From the NCBI GenBank assembly GCA_018238155.1, contig JABCTZ010000046.1, forward strand, positions 1 through 64,000: 64,000 nucleotides of DNA, in the 5' to 3' direction. Both the position numbers and the translations under genes were made by a program. The DNA comes from Candidatus Heimdallarchaeota archaeon (GTDB lineage: Archaea > Asgardarchaeota > Heimdallarchaeia > JABLTI01). Below the pieces are notes generated by a model. The model was not told where the DNA came from, did no database searches, and saw only the letters and a list, made by a program, of their open reading frames with translations. This document shows, piece after piece, positions 54,761 to 64,000 of this stretch (its first letter is position 1; each line of letters opens with the position of its first letter).

Positions 54761-55552
54761 ATGTCAAGTAGTACGAGTCAGCAGTTAACTAAGGAAGAAA
54801 AACAAGTTGAAAAAGATTTGAAAAAGATTTACTCAGAGTCCCCCAATTTATATTACATTGTAAAAGAAGAAGGACACATTATCAGAATTGATCTTGATTA
54901 TGGGGGAAACATGGAACCTGAGGTAGATATTGGCAAACTACCAGAATCTTTCAGACATCTCAAATGGTTGCGAATGTTAAAAATACATGACAATGAGTTA
55001 TGGGAACTTCCAAACTGGCTATGTGAGCTAACAGCACTTCAAACTCTAGTATTAAACGACAACCCAATTTGTAGCTTCCCGGAAACAATAGGCAATCTAG
55101 CTTCTCTACGAGAACTAAGTAAGTATCACCAAAGAGTTTCGAAATGGAGTGATCATCGTTTGACACAGCTCCCAAAATCATTTTGTAATCTAACCTCGCT
55201 TGAAAAACTGGACTTGAGAAGTAATAAGATAAATATGCTTCCCGAAGCTTTCGGTAATCTCAAGTTTCTTCGGATTTTAAATTTAGATAGTAATAAATTA
55301 GTTAGCCTTCCTGAATCCTTTGGGGAGCTGGAATCTCTTCGAGAACTGAGCCTTAGTGGTAATGAATTAACATCCCTTCCCGAGTCTTTTGGCAATTTAC
55401 GTTCGTTAAAAAAATTAGACTTAAGAGTTAACAATTTAACATCCCTTCCTTCCTCAATGAGAAATTTAACTCACTTAGAAGAACTAGAATCAGGGGGAAA
55501 TAACTTTGATGATGATGTAAAAGTGCTCCTTAAAAATTTAGTACCAAAATAG
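54761..55552 (+). CDS. Leucine-rich repeat protein
   Basis: 23-aa LPESFGNL.SL..L.L..N.L repeats; GGAG SD before ATG 54761. Confidence 0.95.
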   Translation: MSSSTSQQLTKEEKQVEKDLKKIYSESPNLYYIVKEEGHIIRIDLDYGGNMEPEVDIGKLPESFRHLKWLRMLKIHDNELWELPNWLCELTALQTLVLNDNPICSFPETIGNLASLRELSKYHQRVSKWSDHRLTQLPKSFCNLTSLEKLDLRSNKINMLPEAFGNLKFLRILNLDSNKLVSLPESFGELESLRELSLSGNELTSLPESFGNLRSLKKLDLRVNNLTSLPSSMRNLTHLEELESGGNNFDDDVKVLLKNLVPK

Positions 55553-55632
55553 ATAGTTCATGAGAAGGATAAAGTTTAGTATTTGGAGATTATTTTATCT
55601 AAGCTCAGATTATATTTTTTTTGATGCAAAAA

Positions 55633-57294
55633 TCAAATCGGACACCCATCTAAAAGAACTTTAGGAGAAGCTATTTCAATATCTTCACAGGTTGTATCGA
55701 TCAGATTCAAAATTAGTAACCCTTTCACTTTATTTGGGTGCTTACTCAAGCAGTTTAATAATTGTAACCAATAGAATATTGATTCTACTTTTCTAAATTT
55801 GTAGATTTTATTGATATAGGTCCCTTCTTTTAAACCAATAGCCCAAACTCTTGTTTCTCCATTTGATAAAGTTTCAATTAAAACTTCTACGTTAACTTTT
55901 GTTCGCAGTAGTTGTCGTTTCTCCTGTTTCTTAAAATCGAATTTATCCAATAGAACTGATAAATTTTCTTCGGGGAGAATATTCTTCAACTTTATTTGAA
56001 ACTCGATCAATCTACTTTTAGAAACGATAAATCCAACATCCAAAACCTTTTGGGGAAATTTAACGAGTTCCATTGATCGATTTTTCATAGACTTAAATTT
56101 CAAATCCAATATATTCGTTCTAAATTTTTCTAACCATTCTTTATCCAATGAAATATCAACAGATGTATTTGCAATGGTATCTATAGCAATGAGGCTTTTA
56201 CGGAAGAAAGCATTTTTCTTTTTGGATAATTTTTCTTGAAAGAGCCACAGAGATTCTTCAGGGAAAGATTGTTGCTCTTGTTCTTCTAGCAATTGAATTG
56301 AAATAGAACTATCCGCTTGCTCAAGTGTAGTTGCTGACTCATTTAATTCAAAAGATGTATTTGCTACTTCAAAGATCTGTGTTAACTGCCTTTGTTCTCG
56401 TTTACACAGATACTTGTCATACATTCCAACCCAATCAACAAATGTCACAGCTACTACTAATGTCGCAGATATTATCCAAATCGCAATTGATGTCCAAATA
56501 TTATTTCCTGCAGGTAATTTTTGATTAATTAACATCGTTCTTGTTAGACCAAAAAGTGTTTCAAGAAACCACTCACCAATAGCTGTTGTACTAAAAAGAT
56601 TGGCTACGACAGATATACTCAATGTTAAAATTATTTTTCCAATAAAACAATAAATCAACGTCTTTCCCAGTGAATAGCCAATAAGACCAATCATTATTAG
56701 TAATACTTCATCTGGAAGTGGAGTAGCAGCAAAAATGAAAATCATAATTGGAGCTAAACCTCTTTCAACCCATCTTTGTGTTTTTCTTAGTTGTTTTTCT
56801 AGTTTATCTCCAGCAACTTCTCGAGTAGCTCTCCCGACAAACCAGGAAGCTATTTGCCCAATGGAAGCACCAATTCCTGCTGCCAATCCCAATAGAAAAA
56901 CGTTTATCCCGGGCATCACGGCAACAAACATTAAAACAACTGCATAGAGCACTGGTATAAACATCACAAAATTACCAAAAATTGAGATTATTCCTACGCC
57001 TAAATATAATCCCACATCACCTGTTCTATCTTGAAACCAATAGACAAGCTCAAGCATCAATGAAGTTGGATCTTTTTCAAATATACCTAAGAAAATCATA
57101 AATGCAATAAAGAGCAAGAGAAATGCAAGTGAAAGAGTTCTTTGTTTACTCTCTTTCAACCAGAACCAAATTTTTTTAAAAAAAATCCTTGAACGGTTTT
57201 CTTCCGAGTTATAAAGGAGAATATCTTTGTGTTCGTTTTGAGATGATTCGTCATTAAAATTTCTAATTTCTAAACCATCTTCAGAGTTAGACAT
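55633..57294 (-). CDS. VTT/DedA (SNARE-associated Golgi protein) domain membrane protein with large soluble C-terminal domain
   Basis: GIGASIGQIASWFVGR, IFIFAATPLPDE, FIGKII. Confidence 0.85.
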   Translation of the reverse strand: MSNSEDGLEIRNFNDESSQNEHKDILLYNSEENRSRIFFKKIWFWLKESKQRTLSLAFLLLFIAFMIFLGIFEKDPTSLMLELVYWFQDRTGDVGLYLGVGIISIFGNFVMFIPVLYAVVLMFVAVMPGINVFLLGLAAGIGASIGQIASWFVGRATREVAGDKLEKQLRKTQRWVERGLAPIMIFIFAATPLPDEVLLIMIGLIGYSLGKTLIYCFIGKIILTLSISVVANLFSTTAIGEWFLETLFGLTRTMLINQKLPAGNNIWTSIAIWIISATLVVAVTFVDWVGMYDKYLCKREQRQLTQIFEVANTSFELNESATTLEQADSSISIQLLEEQEQQSFPEESLWLFQEKLSKKKNAFFRKSLIAIDTIANTSVDISLDKEWLEKFRTNILDLKFKSMKNRSMELVKFPQKVLDVGFIVSKSRLIEFQIKLKNILPEENLSVLLDKFDFKKQEKRQLLRTKVNVEVLIETLSNGETRVWAIGLKEGTYINKIYKFRKVESIFYWLQLLNCLSKHPNKVKGLLILNLIDTTCEDIEIASPKVLLDGCPI

Positions 57295-57529
57295 TTTCGT
57301 TATACTCCAATTAACTATCTTATTTACAACTGAAGTAATGACCTAAAAAGAAATTGTCTTATTTTTTGAGCCAAATATGCATTATCATAAGTGAAAAATT
57401 CTTGAAATGTTATTCATTTTTGAATGATTATTATAGTAGAAACATTTAATTTTATAAATAGATAAAAATAAATTAGAGAATTAATACTTAAAAAAATGTA
57501 ATAAAGAGTGACATAGAAGAGAGAACGTA

Positions 57530-58168
57530 ATGACTCATCAAGATATTATAACTAACCAACAAAAACTTGTAAAGGTGCTATCTGATATTTCTGTTGGAAA
57601 TGTATTAGATGATAATAATCATAGATTTCTTTTGCATTTCTTAGTAAAACAACCTTTAACTGTAGAAGAAATCAAAATTGAATTTCAAAAATCAGGGAAC
57701 GATAAATCAGATAAGACTATTTATCGTTATTTAAAAAAACTCAAAAAAGCAGGTTTAGTGATAGAAGCAGGGAAACGAATTTTTTCTGATAGCAATAACC
57801 AAATCAAAACTCAAACATTGTTCGCACGAGTGGCAAAAATAATCTTTACTCCCCATAGTAAAATAGACAGTAAACCAGAATTAAAAGAAACAGCTTTAAA
57901 AATAACCAGTATGTTGCTTAAAGAACGTCTGAATCTAAAAGAAGATGCAGATTTGTCTTGTATTCAGAAACAAGTAGATAATATTGCTAAAGTCAAAAAT
58001 GAACTAATAGCTGATCATTTTCAAAGCTCTGAGAATCCAGAATTAATGAATCTCATTCAAACTATGGATATCTATGAACTTTACCCTATTTTAGATACAG
58101 TCAGTTGGATTCTACTCTTAAATGAAAACCCAGAAGCAGTAGAAGAAATTATCAAATGCTTCGAGTAA
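57530..58168 (+). CDS. wHTH (ArsR-like) transcriptional regulator, paralog 1
   Basis: PLTVEEI...KSDKTIYRYLKKLKKAGLVIEAGKR...LFARVAKI. Confidence 0.85.
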   Translation: MTHQDIITNQQKLVKVLSDISVGNVLDDNNHRFLLHFLVKQPLTVEEIKIEFQKSGNDKSDKTIYRYLKKLKKAGLVIEAGKRIFSDSNNQIKTQTLFARVAKIIFTPHSKIDSKPELKETALKITSMLLKERLNLKEDADLSCIQKQVDNIAKVKNELIADHFQSSENPELMNLIQTMDIYELYPILDTVSWILLLNENPEAVEEIIKCFE

Positions 58169-58185
58169 TAGTTTAATGTTATTAT

Positions 58186-58202
58186 TGTCCCAAATTGGGA
58201 CA
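58186..58202. promoter_or_regulatory. Perfect palindrome TGTCCCAA-A-TTGGGACA (operator or terminator stem)
   Basis: 8-1-8 inverted repeat between the tandem wHTH paralogs. Confidence 0.5.
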
Positions 58203-58266
58203 TTCAGATAATTTTTTGTGAAAAACATTAAAAGAAGTTAGTACAGTAATTTAATGGGAACTACTC

Positions 58267-58902
58267 ATGAAATTGCAAGATGTAATAATAAATAAAGAAA
58301 AAATCGTCAAAACAATCTATGACACACAAAGTGCAAAGTGCCTTTCTGATGACAAAAATTGCCAACTTTTACTTTCCTTTCTTTTAAGTGGTCCAATGAC
58401 TTTTGAAGACCTCAAACAAGCTTTCAAGAGTGTTCAATCAGAAAAATCAGATAAAACTATTTATGGTTATTTAAACAAATTAAAGAAAGCAGATCTTGTT
58501 ATGGAAACTGGCAAACGTTTTATTACTTATTCTGAAAGCCATATTAAAACATTAGCATTATATTCTCGCACAGCAAAAGTCTTCTACATCGCCATCGATA
58601 TTGATGAAAAGAAGAGTAGTGTTTACTTTGAGCTAGTTGGAGCTCTTCTTTGTGAAATTCTCGGATATGAAGAATTTGATGAAAATTGTTTTAAGAAGAT
58701 TTATGAGGAGTTTAAAGATGAGAAACGAAGTGAAATTTCAAAAATAAACGAAATCACTAACCCAAAAATTATGAAACTTTTAGCTTCTCCAGATGTTTTA
58801 GGAGCAAAATATGTTATTGATACAATGATGATGTTTGCTTTTATTGGAAAACAAAAGAACCTAAACGATGAATTTCTAAAATGTTTTAAAAAGAAAATTT
58901 AA
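58267..58902 (+). CDS. wHTH (ArsR-like) transcriptional regulator, paralog 2
   Basis: PMTFEDL...KSDKTIYGYLNKLKKADLVMETGKR...LYSRTAKV; colinear with 57530..58168. Confidence 0.85.
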   Translation: MKLQDVIINKEKIVKTIYDTQSAKCLSDDKNCQLLLSFLLSGPMTFEDLKQAFKSVQSEKSDKTIYGYLNKLKKADLVMETGKRFITYSESHIKTLALYSRTAKVFYIAIDIDEKKSSVYFELVGALLCEILGYEEFDENCFKKIYEEFKDEKRSEISKINEITNPKIMKLLASPDVLGAKYVIDTMMMFAFIGKQKNLNDEFLKCFKKKI

Positions 58903-59016
58903 TACCATCTTTTTTGTTCTTTCATTGATTAGGAGAAAGACAAAAAAATCATTTTATCCAAAAGTCATATAATTAATATTACTATAGTCAATTTAAACTA
59001 TGGAAGTAGACTTCAA

Positions 59017-59370
59017 ATGCCAAATAAACAAGAAGAAAACAGTGATGTAAAAACCAAGAAAATTAAGCCAAAGAGTAAGCACATAATTGATGCTATGCTA
59101 TTTATCGAAGCAACATCTGCAGAAAACCCCTGTCATTTAGAGCAATTGGCATTAGATCTTTCATTGTACGAAAAACGTATTAAACATTTCATCAAAAATA
59201 AAGTAATAATACCTGTATCAGATATCAATGAAAATAACTTTTATTTGGATTATGATTTTTATCTTAAATTTAAGGAACAAGAAGATAAACGTTTTTTCAT
59301 AACCATTGTATCTATAGTTATACCTGGATTTTTACTTCTAGTATTGGGATTTGCTTGGTTAATTATGTAG
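59017..59370 (+). CDS. Small tail-anchored protein (possible wHTH-like soluble part)
   Basis: Helix-helix-IKNKVII..FYLD pattern, then C-terminal TM FFITIVSIVIPGFLLLVLGFAWLIM. Confidence 0.7.
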   Translation: MPNKQEENSDVKTKKIKPKSKHIIDAMLFIEATSAENPCHLEQLALDLSLYEKRIKHFIKNKVIIPVSDINENNFYLDYDFYLKFKEQEDKRFFITIVSIVIPGFLLLVLGFAWLIM

Positions 59371-59377
59371 GAATGAC

Positions 59378-60886
59378 TTATTTCTTAGATGAATTATCAA
59401 TTAGCTCTCCCAATTCATGATAGAATTGTTTTATAGAAATATCAATAAAATTATGAGCAACAATTCGAGCCATTTCATCAACCATGGCAATTGGAAATGG
59501 AACGATCTGTGGTGTTCCGGGTTTTGAATATTCAATTGAAGATAAACTATAAACTAATTGAGCGATTTCATTTCGATAACCGATTGGATCATGTCTACAA
59601 ATAGCCCAAGGAACATCTATTCTCGCCACCCAGGTGAAAATTTTGAGATAAAAACTCATATATGGTACAAGACATTTCCTTTGAGTTTCGTCATAACCTC
59701 GTCCCAATTGAATTATTGGTACGGTTACATCTTTATCTTCTAGAACTTGACTAAGTAATCCAAAATCTGACCAGAAATTTTCAGGAACAGAACCTTTCAA
59801 AATATTTTTGAAAATCACTCCATTTATAAGAGATGTAAGAGCTTTATCTGCAGAATATTTCACATACCCAAAATAGAGGATATTTTTACTCAATGCGATA
59901 TCTACAAGCATTTTCGCTTGAGCTAATGCTTCATAGAATTTAGGATCACGATAACTGTGAGGAACTATAGGTCCATCTCGAATATGATAGTGAGTTGGAT
60001 TTTCTTCAAATCCTATTAAATCGATATCATTATGCATTTTTTCCATTTGGAAATATGATTGAGCAAAATTCTGATCAGCAACAAAATCACTTTGATTTAA
60101 AGTTGTAATCTCTTCAATTGCTCCATATCCATGTGAGTCATCAATATTGACTAAATCAGGTATACTTTCAAATTCCCCTTCAGGTCCCTCTGAGGAAAAT
60201 TTCCCGACCCATCTACAAGCAGATGCAACAGTAAACAAAAGTTGTCTCGAGCGAGTGAGATCATTTGTTGCAATTGGACTTTGAACTGGAACAGTATATC
60301 TACTTGCATCTGAAGCAGAAATTTTCTTTTGATCTGCAAAGTCAAATTTAAGATCCAAGGGTTCTATGATAGCAGTATCATAAATGATTTGAAAATTTGG
60401 ATAAGAATCTATTCTACCAATTAATTCAGCAATCTCTTTGCTTGCATCAATTTCTCTAAGTTCATAGTGATATTCTTGACTCCCGATTGGCGAATGACAT
60501 GTTATTGTGAGAGGGTTGTTAGGTAAGATACAATCAGAGACTTTTTTCCCTAATAGGGCTTCTCTAATTTTATCTCCAGGAATTGTCGAAACAGTTCTCC
60601 TGGCAATCTCTTTTGCTTTCCGAGTGAATCCATTTGAAATAGATTCGGAAATTGAAAGTTTAGCTTTATCAGCTTTTTTGAATTTCTTCTTATTATCAGG
60701 TAAATTATTGATTAATTTTGAATCAATTAAGAAAGCAATTGACTTTACAATAGTTGTTTTTACTTTCTCATTTTCAATACCTGTTTTTTGAAATATGCGT
60801 TCAATAATTTCATCCTCAGAAATTCCACGATTATTTTTAATAAGATTGAAAACTGCAACTATCAAATATGGAGAAAGTTCTAACAT
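59378..60886 (-). CDS. NurA-like nuclease with N-terminal wHTH
   Basis: SASDAS (DGS-like), IRDGPI, GYVK, SDFGLL..VL, ARIDVP and PFPIAMVDEMARI match NurA motif order. Confidence 0.75.
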   Translation of the reverse strand: MLELSPYLIVAVFNLIKNNRGISEDEIIERIFQKTGIENEKVKTTIVKSIAFLIDSKLINNLPDNKKKFKKADKAKLSISESISNGFTRKAKEIARRTVSTIPGDKIREALLGKKVSDCILPNNPLTITCHSPIGSQEYHYELREIDASKEIAELIGRIDSYPNFQIIYDTAIIEPLDLKFDFADQKKISASDASRYTVPVQSPIATNDLTRSRQLLFTVASACRWVGKFSSEGPEGEFESIPDLVNIDDSHGYGAIEEITTLNQSDFVADQNFAQSYFQMEKMHNDIDLIGFEENPTHYHIRDGPIVPHSYRDPKFYEALAQAKMLVDIALSKNILYFGYVKYSADKALTSLINGVIFKNILKGSVPENFWSDFGLLSQVLEDKDVTVPIIQLGRGYDETQRKCLVPYMSFYLKIFTWVARIDVPWAICRHDPIGYRNEIAQLVYSLSSIEYSKPGTPQIVPFPIAMVDEMARIVAHNFIDISIKQFYHELGELIDNSSKK

Positions 60887-61118
60887 CTTAATCTATCGTT
60901 TGAAAATGAACTATATAAATATTGAAGGTAATCAACTAGTTTTATAGCAAAAAAAGGTATCAAATACATGAATTTATAGAAAATCGTCATTCAATAACTT
61001 AAAAAATAATAAAAAGAACGAATAAAATTGAATATTTCACAAAGCTAAAGCTTGCTTAAGATAAAAAAAAGGCTCATAAAGAATCACAATGAAATAAATG
61101 ACATACTCGGTGTAAAGA

Positions 61119-62615
61119 ATGATACGATCCAAAACCCCTAAAGGAGAAGAATTAACAAAAGAAAATCTGGTGGGCAAATCAATTGTTGATTCGGATGGTC
61201 ATATTATTGCCAAATGCGTTAGTTTATTTGAAGATGAAAAAAACAAAATCAGAATGAGAGTCTCAATTTTAACTGAATTAAATAGTGATTTTATTGTAGA
61301 AGAATCCATTCCTCTAAATCTAATAAGTAAAATAGGAGAAGTAATTCTTCTGAAAAAATCATTCAAAATAAAACCAGTAGCAACACGAGATTTAATTCAA
61401 GTGGAAATCCCATCCATAATTGAAACTGAAACAGAAGTTAAACCAGCTACTGAAGAAAAAATAGACTTTAAAATTCAAACTCCAGAAAAGATTCCTGAAA
61501 AATTAAACAAAAAGAAAAATGAATCTAACATAACAAAAGAAAGAAAAATAATACCACAAAAAAGATCTAATAAAAAAACAAAAAGCACTACAAAAGCACA
61601 AGTAAAAAAAATGTATGAAACAATTTTACTAAAAATTTTTGAAACGGCCAATCAAGAAGAAAGAACTGATTTAATTGACTCTCTGATTTTACTCTTCAAA
61701 AAAGAAAAAAACTTTCAAAAGAAGATTCTAACCAATCTCTTGGAATCAAGTAATACACCTGATCAAAATACAAGAATGATTGTTGTAGACGTTCTGGAAA
61801 AAATAGCCGAAGAATTTAGTGAAGAAATAATGACTATTTTTATTCCGAGTCTAAAAGCAACATACAACGAGCCGAATAAATCTTTAGAACAAAAACTTGC
61901 TCAAGTTTTAACTAAACTTGCTTCAAAACATAACTCAGAAATTGTTAATGCAAATTTCCAAAAATTCTGTAAGGATTTACTTGTAAAAAGAAAATTCGGC
62001 AAAAATGTATCACTAAACCGAATCCACAATTTAAATTTAAAAATTTTTGTTAATAATTTTAGCGCACAAGAAATAATCATTGGTACATATATTGCAGAAA
62101 TTATTGCTAATCAAAATGAAGCAATAGAATATGCAGAGTTCTTGAAAGATTTCAATGCAATTATTATCGCTTATTCAATTATTCAAACTATAGAGCAAAA
62201 AAAATGGCCGAAAATAATGAAATGTAAATGCATGACAGAAATACATAACGAAGCTTTTATTGAATCAATAAATTCGATTCTAAATCTATTTCAAGAAGGG
62301 AATATTAAAAAACTAAGTGCCATTTTTGATCCAAAATTAGGAATCAATTTTTCTAACAGGTTATTGAATAAGATGGTAAAAGCAAACGTTGCAACCATTT
62401 TATCAAACGTAACAATAATACCACTGGAAACTTTAAGTGCTGTTTATAATGATGATAACAATCGTATAATACCGATTATTTATGAGCTTATTAATAATCG
62501 TGAAATAAATGCCCAAGTTTCTTTTATTAACAACAAAACTTTCCTCTCTCTTCCTGAAGAAAGCGATTTTGTTTCTTTTAATAAAGTGCAGCCAATCAAA
62601 AGAAAAGAAAAATAA
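61119..62615 (+). CDS. PRC-barrel, Lys-rich linker, HEAT repeats and C-terminal PCI-like winged helix
   Basis: LVGKSIVDSDGHIIA...IPLNLISKIGEVILLK; TRMIVVDVLEKIA; IPLETLS...IIYELINNREINAQV. Confidence 0.7.
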   Translation: MIRSKTPKGEELTKENLVGKSIVDSDGHIIAKCVSLFEDEKNKIRMRVSILTELNSDFIVEESIPLNLISKIGEVILLKKSFKIKPVATRDLIQVEIPSIIETETEVKPATEEKIDFKIQTPEKIPEKLNKKKNESNITKERKIIPQKRSNKKTKSTTKAQVKKMYETILLKIFETANQEERTDLIDSLILLFKKEKNFQKKILTNLLESSNTPDQNTRMIVVDVLEKIAEEFSEEIMTIFIPSLKATYNEPNKSLEQKLAQVLTKLASKHNSEIVNANFQKFCKDLLVKRKFGKNVSLNRIHNLNLKIFVNNFSAQEIIIGTYIAEIIANQNEAIEYAEFLKDFNAIIIAYSIIQTIEQKKWPKIMKCKCMTEIHNEAFIESINSILNLFQEGNIKKLSAIFDPKLGINFSNRLLNKMVKANVATILSNVTIIPLETLSAVYNDDNNRIIPIIYELINNREINAQVSFINNKTFLSLPEESDFVSFNKVQPIKRKEK

Positions 62616-62647
62616 TCACCAAAAATTTTTCTCCTTAATTTTAAGGT

Positions 62648-62875
62648 CTAAATTATTTTTAAAATACTTTGTTGTTTTTTGACTCTCAATGAAGCTGCAA
62701 CCATAGCTAATTGTGTAATTATCATTGATGCATGTTGAATGACCAAATCAGATTGCTGATCTGATTCAGATATTAAATCATTGATTGCATTTTGCAAATT
62801 TCCTTCCATTTCGTCAATTTGTTTTATCTGTTCTATTTCAGAATAATCATTGACTTTATTTGTTTTATTTATCAC
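62648..62875 (-). CDS. Small helical hypothetical protein
   Basis: GAGGTGA SD then GTG 62875; two amphipathic helices. Confidence 0.6.
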   Translation of the reverse strand: MINKTNKVNDYSEIEQIKQIDEMEGNLQNAINDLISESDQQSDLVIQHASMIITQLAMVAASLRVKKQQSILKII

Positions 62876-62928
62876 AATGTTCACCTCTTATACTCTCAAT
62901 TGTTTTTAGGCAATGAAAGAGTCTAAAC

Positions 62929-62966
62929 TACATATATCTACATACATATTACATATGTCCACATAT
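62929..62966. repeat. Helically phased ACATA(T) direct repeats in a divergent promoter region
   Basis: ACATA at 62930, 62940, 62951 and 62961 (plus 62944). Confidence 0.55.
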
Positions 62967-63081
62967 TTAAAGGATTGTTTATAACCAAAAATTGAGAGAG
63001 AAAAAAGAAAAGCTTGCAATAAACTTATCAACAAATTGTAAGCAAATAAGCATTTGAGAAAAGAATGTTGGATGTGTCATC

Positions 63082-64000
63082 TTGGGACAAACCGTATTTC
63101 AAAAAATCATTTCCAATGTAACAGGAATAGAAAAACCGGAAGAAGGCTCTATTGTATTTGTAGAACCACACAGGATTTTAACACACGACAATTCTGCCGC
63201 AATTGCAAAGAATTTCAAAGCAATTGGAGCAAAAAAAGTTTGGAATCCTGATAAAATTTTCATTGCTTTAGATCATGCAGTGCCACCACCTGATGAGAAG
63301 AAAGCTCTTAATCATAAAATTATTAGAGAATTTGTTAATGAACAAGGAATCAAACATTTTTATGATTGCGGAGTAGGAATTTGTCATCAAGTGTTGCCAC
63401 AAGAAGGACATGTAATACCAGGGGTAGTTATTTTTGGTTCTGATTCTCATACAACATCACATGGAGCTTTGGGAGCTGCTGGAATACCTATCGGAAGGAC
63501 AGAGGCAGCAAGTATTTGGGCTATTGGTAAAACATGGCTTCGAATACCTGAATCAATAAAAATTAACTTGGATGGTAAATTATCTAAAGATGTTTTTGCA
63601 AAAGATGTTATTTTATCGATTATTGGAAAAATGTATTCCGATGGAGCTAGCTATAAATCTGTTGAATTTCATGGAGAAGGATCTCAAGCATTTTCTATCA
63701 GTGAAAGATTAACGATAAGCAACATGGTAGCAGAAATGGATGGAAAAGCAGGCATTTTTCCAGCGGATAAAGTAACGGATGCTTACCTCAAAGGCAGAGT
63801 AAATGAACCATATAAGAAAATTCAACCAGATGCTGATGCAACATATTATCAAGAAGAAACCTTTGAATTAAGTGAAATCGTTCCTGTTGTTTCCAAACCT
63901 CACAACGTTGACAATGTTTCGCCAATATCAGAAATACCTGAAATAGAAATTGATGTTGGACTTTTAGGAACATGCACAAATGGAAGAATTGATGATCTCA
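63082..64000 (+). CDS. 3-isopropylmalate dehydratase / homoaconitase large subunit (LeuC/HacA family), truncated by the window end
   Basis: Not in the ORF track; manual translation from TTG 63082: MGQTVFQKII..THDN..LDHAVP..GICHQV..GSDSHTTSHGA..NMVAEMDGK..LGTCTNGRIDDL (aconitase-family motifs). Confidence 0.93.
   Translation, partial: MGQTVFQKIISNVTGIEKPEEGSIVFVEPHRILTHDNSAAIAKNFKAIGAKKVWNPDKIFIALDHAVPPPDEKKALNHKIIREFVNEQGIKHFYDCGVGICHQVLPQEGHVIPGVVIFGSDSHTTSHGALGAAGIPIGRTEAASIWAIGKTWLRIPESIKINLDGKLSKDVFAKDVILSIIGKMYSDGASYKSVEFHGEGSQAFSISERLTISNMVAEMDGKAGIFPADKVTDAYLKGRVNEPYKKIQPDADATYYQEETFELSEIVPVVSKPHNVDNVSPISEIPEIEIDVGLLGTCTNGRIDDL

Noticed and set aside
1-64000. tRNA, rRNA, prophage or IS elements
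   Set aside because: No GC-rich cloverleaf or rRNA-like tract, and no integrase, transposase, capsid or terminal inverted repeat pair seen by eye; a tRNAscan-SE/Infernal run would be definitive

Overview
AT-rich archaeal chromosome segment of about 55 CDS. I found no rRNA, tRNA, CRISPR array, integrase or transposase. Gene content points to an Asgard archaeon, plausibly Heimdallarchaeia-like (inference, not a database result). The markers are a profilin, a V4R plus Roadblock/LC7 pair, a TPR-longin-like protein, LRR/WD40/HEAT proteins, LVIVD plus Ca-binding surface proteins, tandem Asgard-type wHTH regulators and archaeal-type ValRS and Ftr. Housekeeping genes include valS, ftr, an M29 aminopeptidase, a MutY-like glycosylase lacking the Fe-S motif, a SAMHD1-like HD hydrolase, a ThiR-like regulator, a phytol/farnesol-kinase-like enzyme and a truncated LeuC/HacA subunit. 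The most interesting signals are: (1) a membrane-anchored subtilase that follows eukaryotic site-1 protease (SKI-1/S1P, MBTPS1) motif by motif beyond the catalytic domain, in a window with several candidate membrane-tethered wHTH proteins; (2) two mini TM2 genes, one missed by the ORF track, sharing a TTGAC-N8-GTCAA palindrome and an apparent SD plus ATA start, in a recurring TM2/HEAT arrangement; (3) a tail-anchored HEAT protein with a Q-SNARE-like heptad; (4) two unusual PRC-barrel proteins; (5) an orphan structured intergenic element; (6) a degenerate SLOG-wHTH protein divergent from a dNTPase. All family assignments come from motif recognition by eye and recalled reference sequences, and need HMM or structure confirmation.
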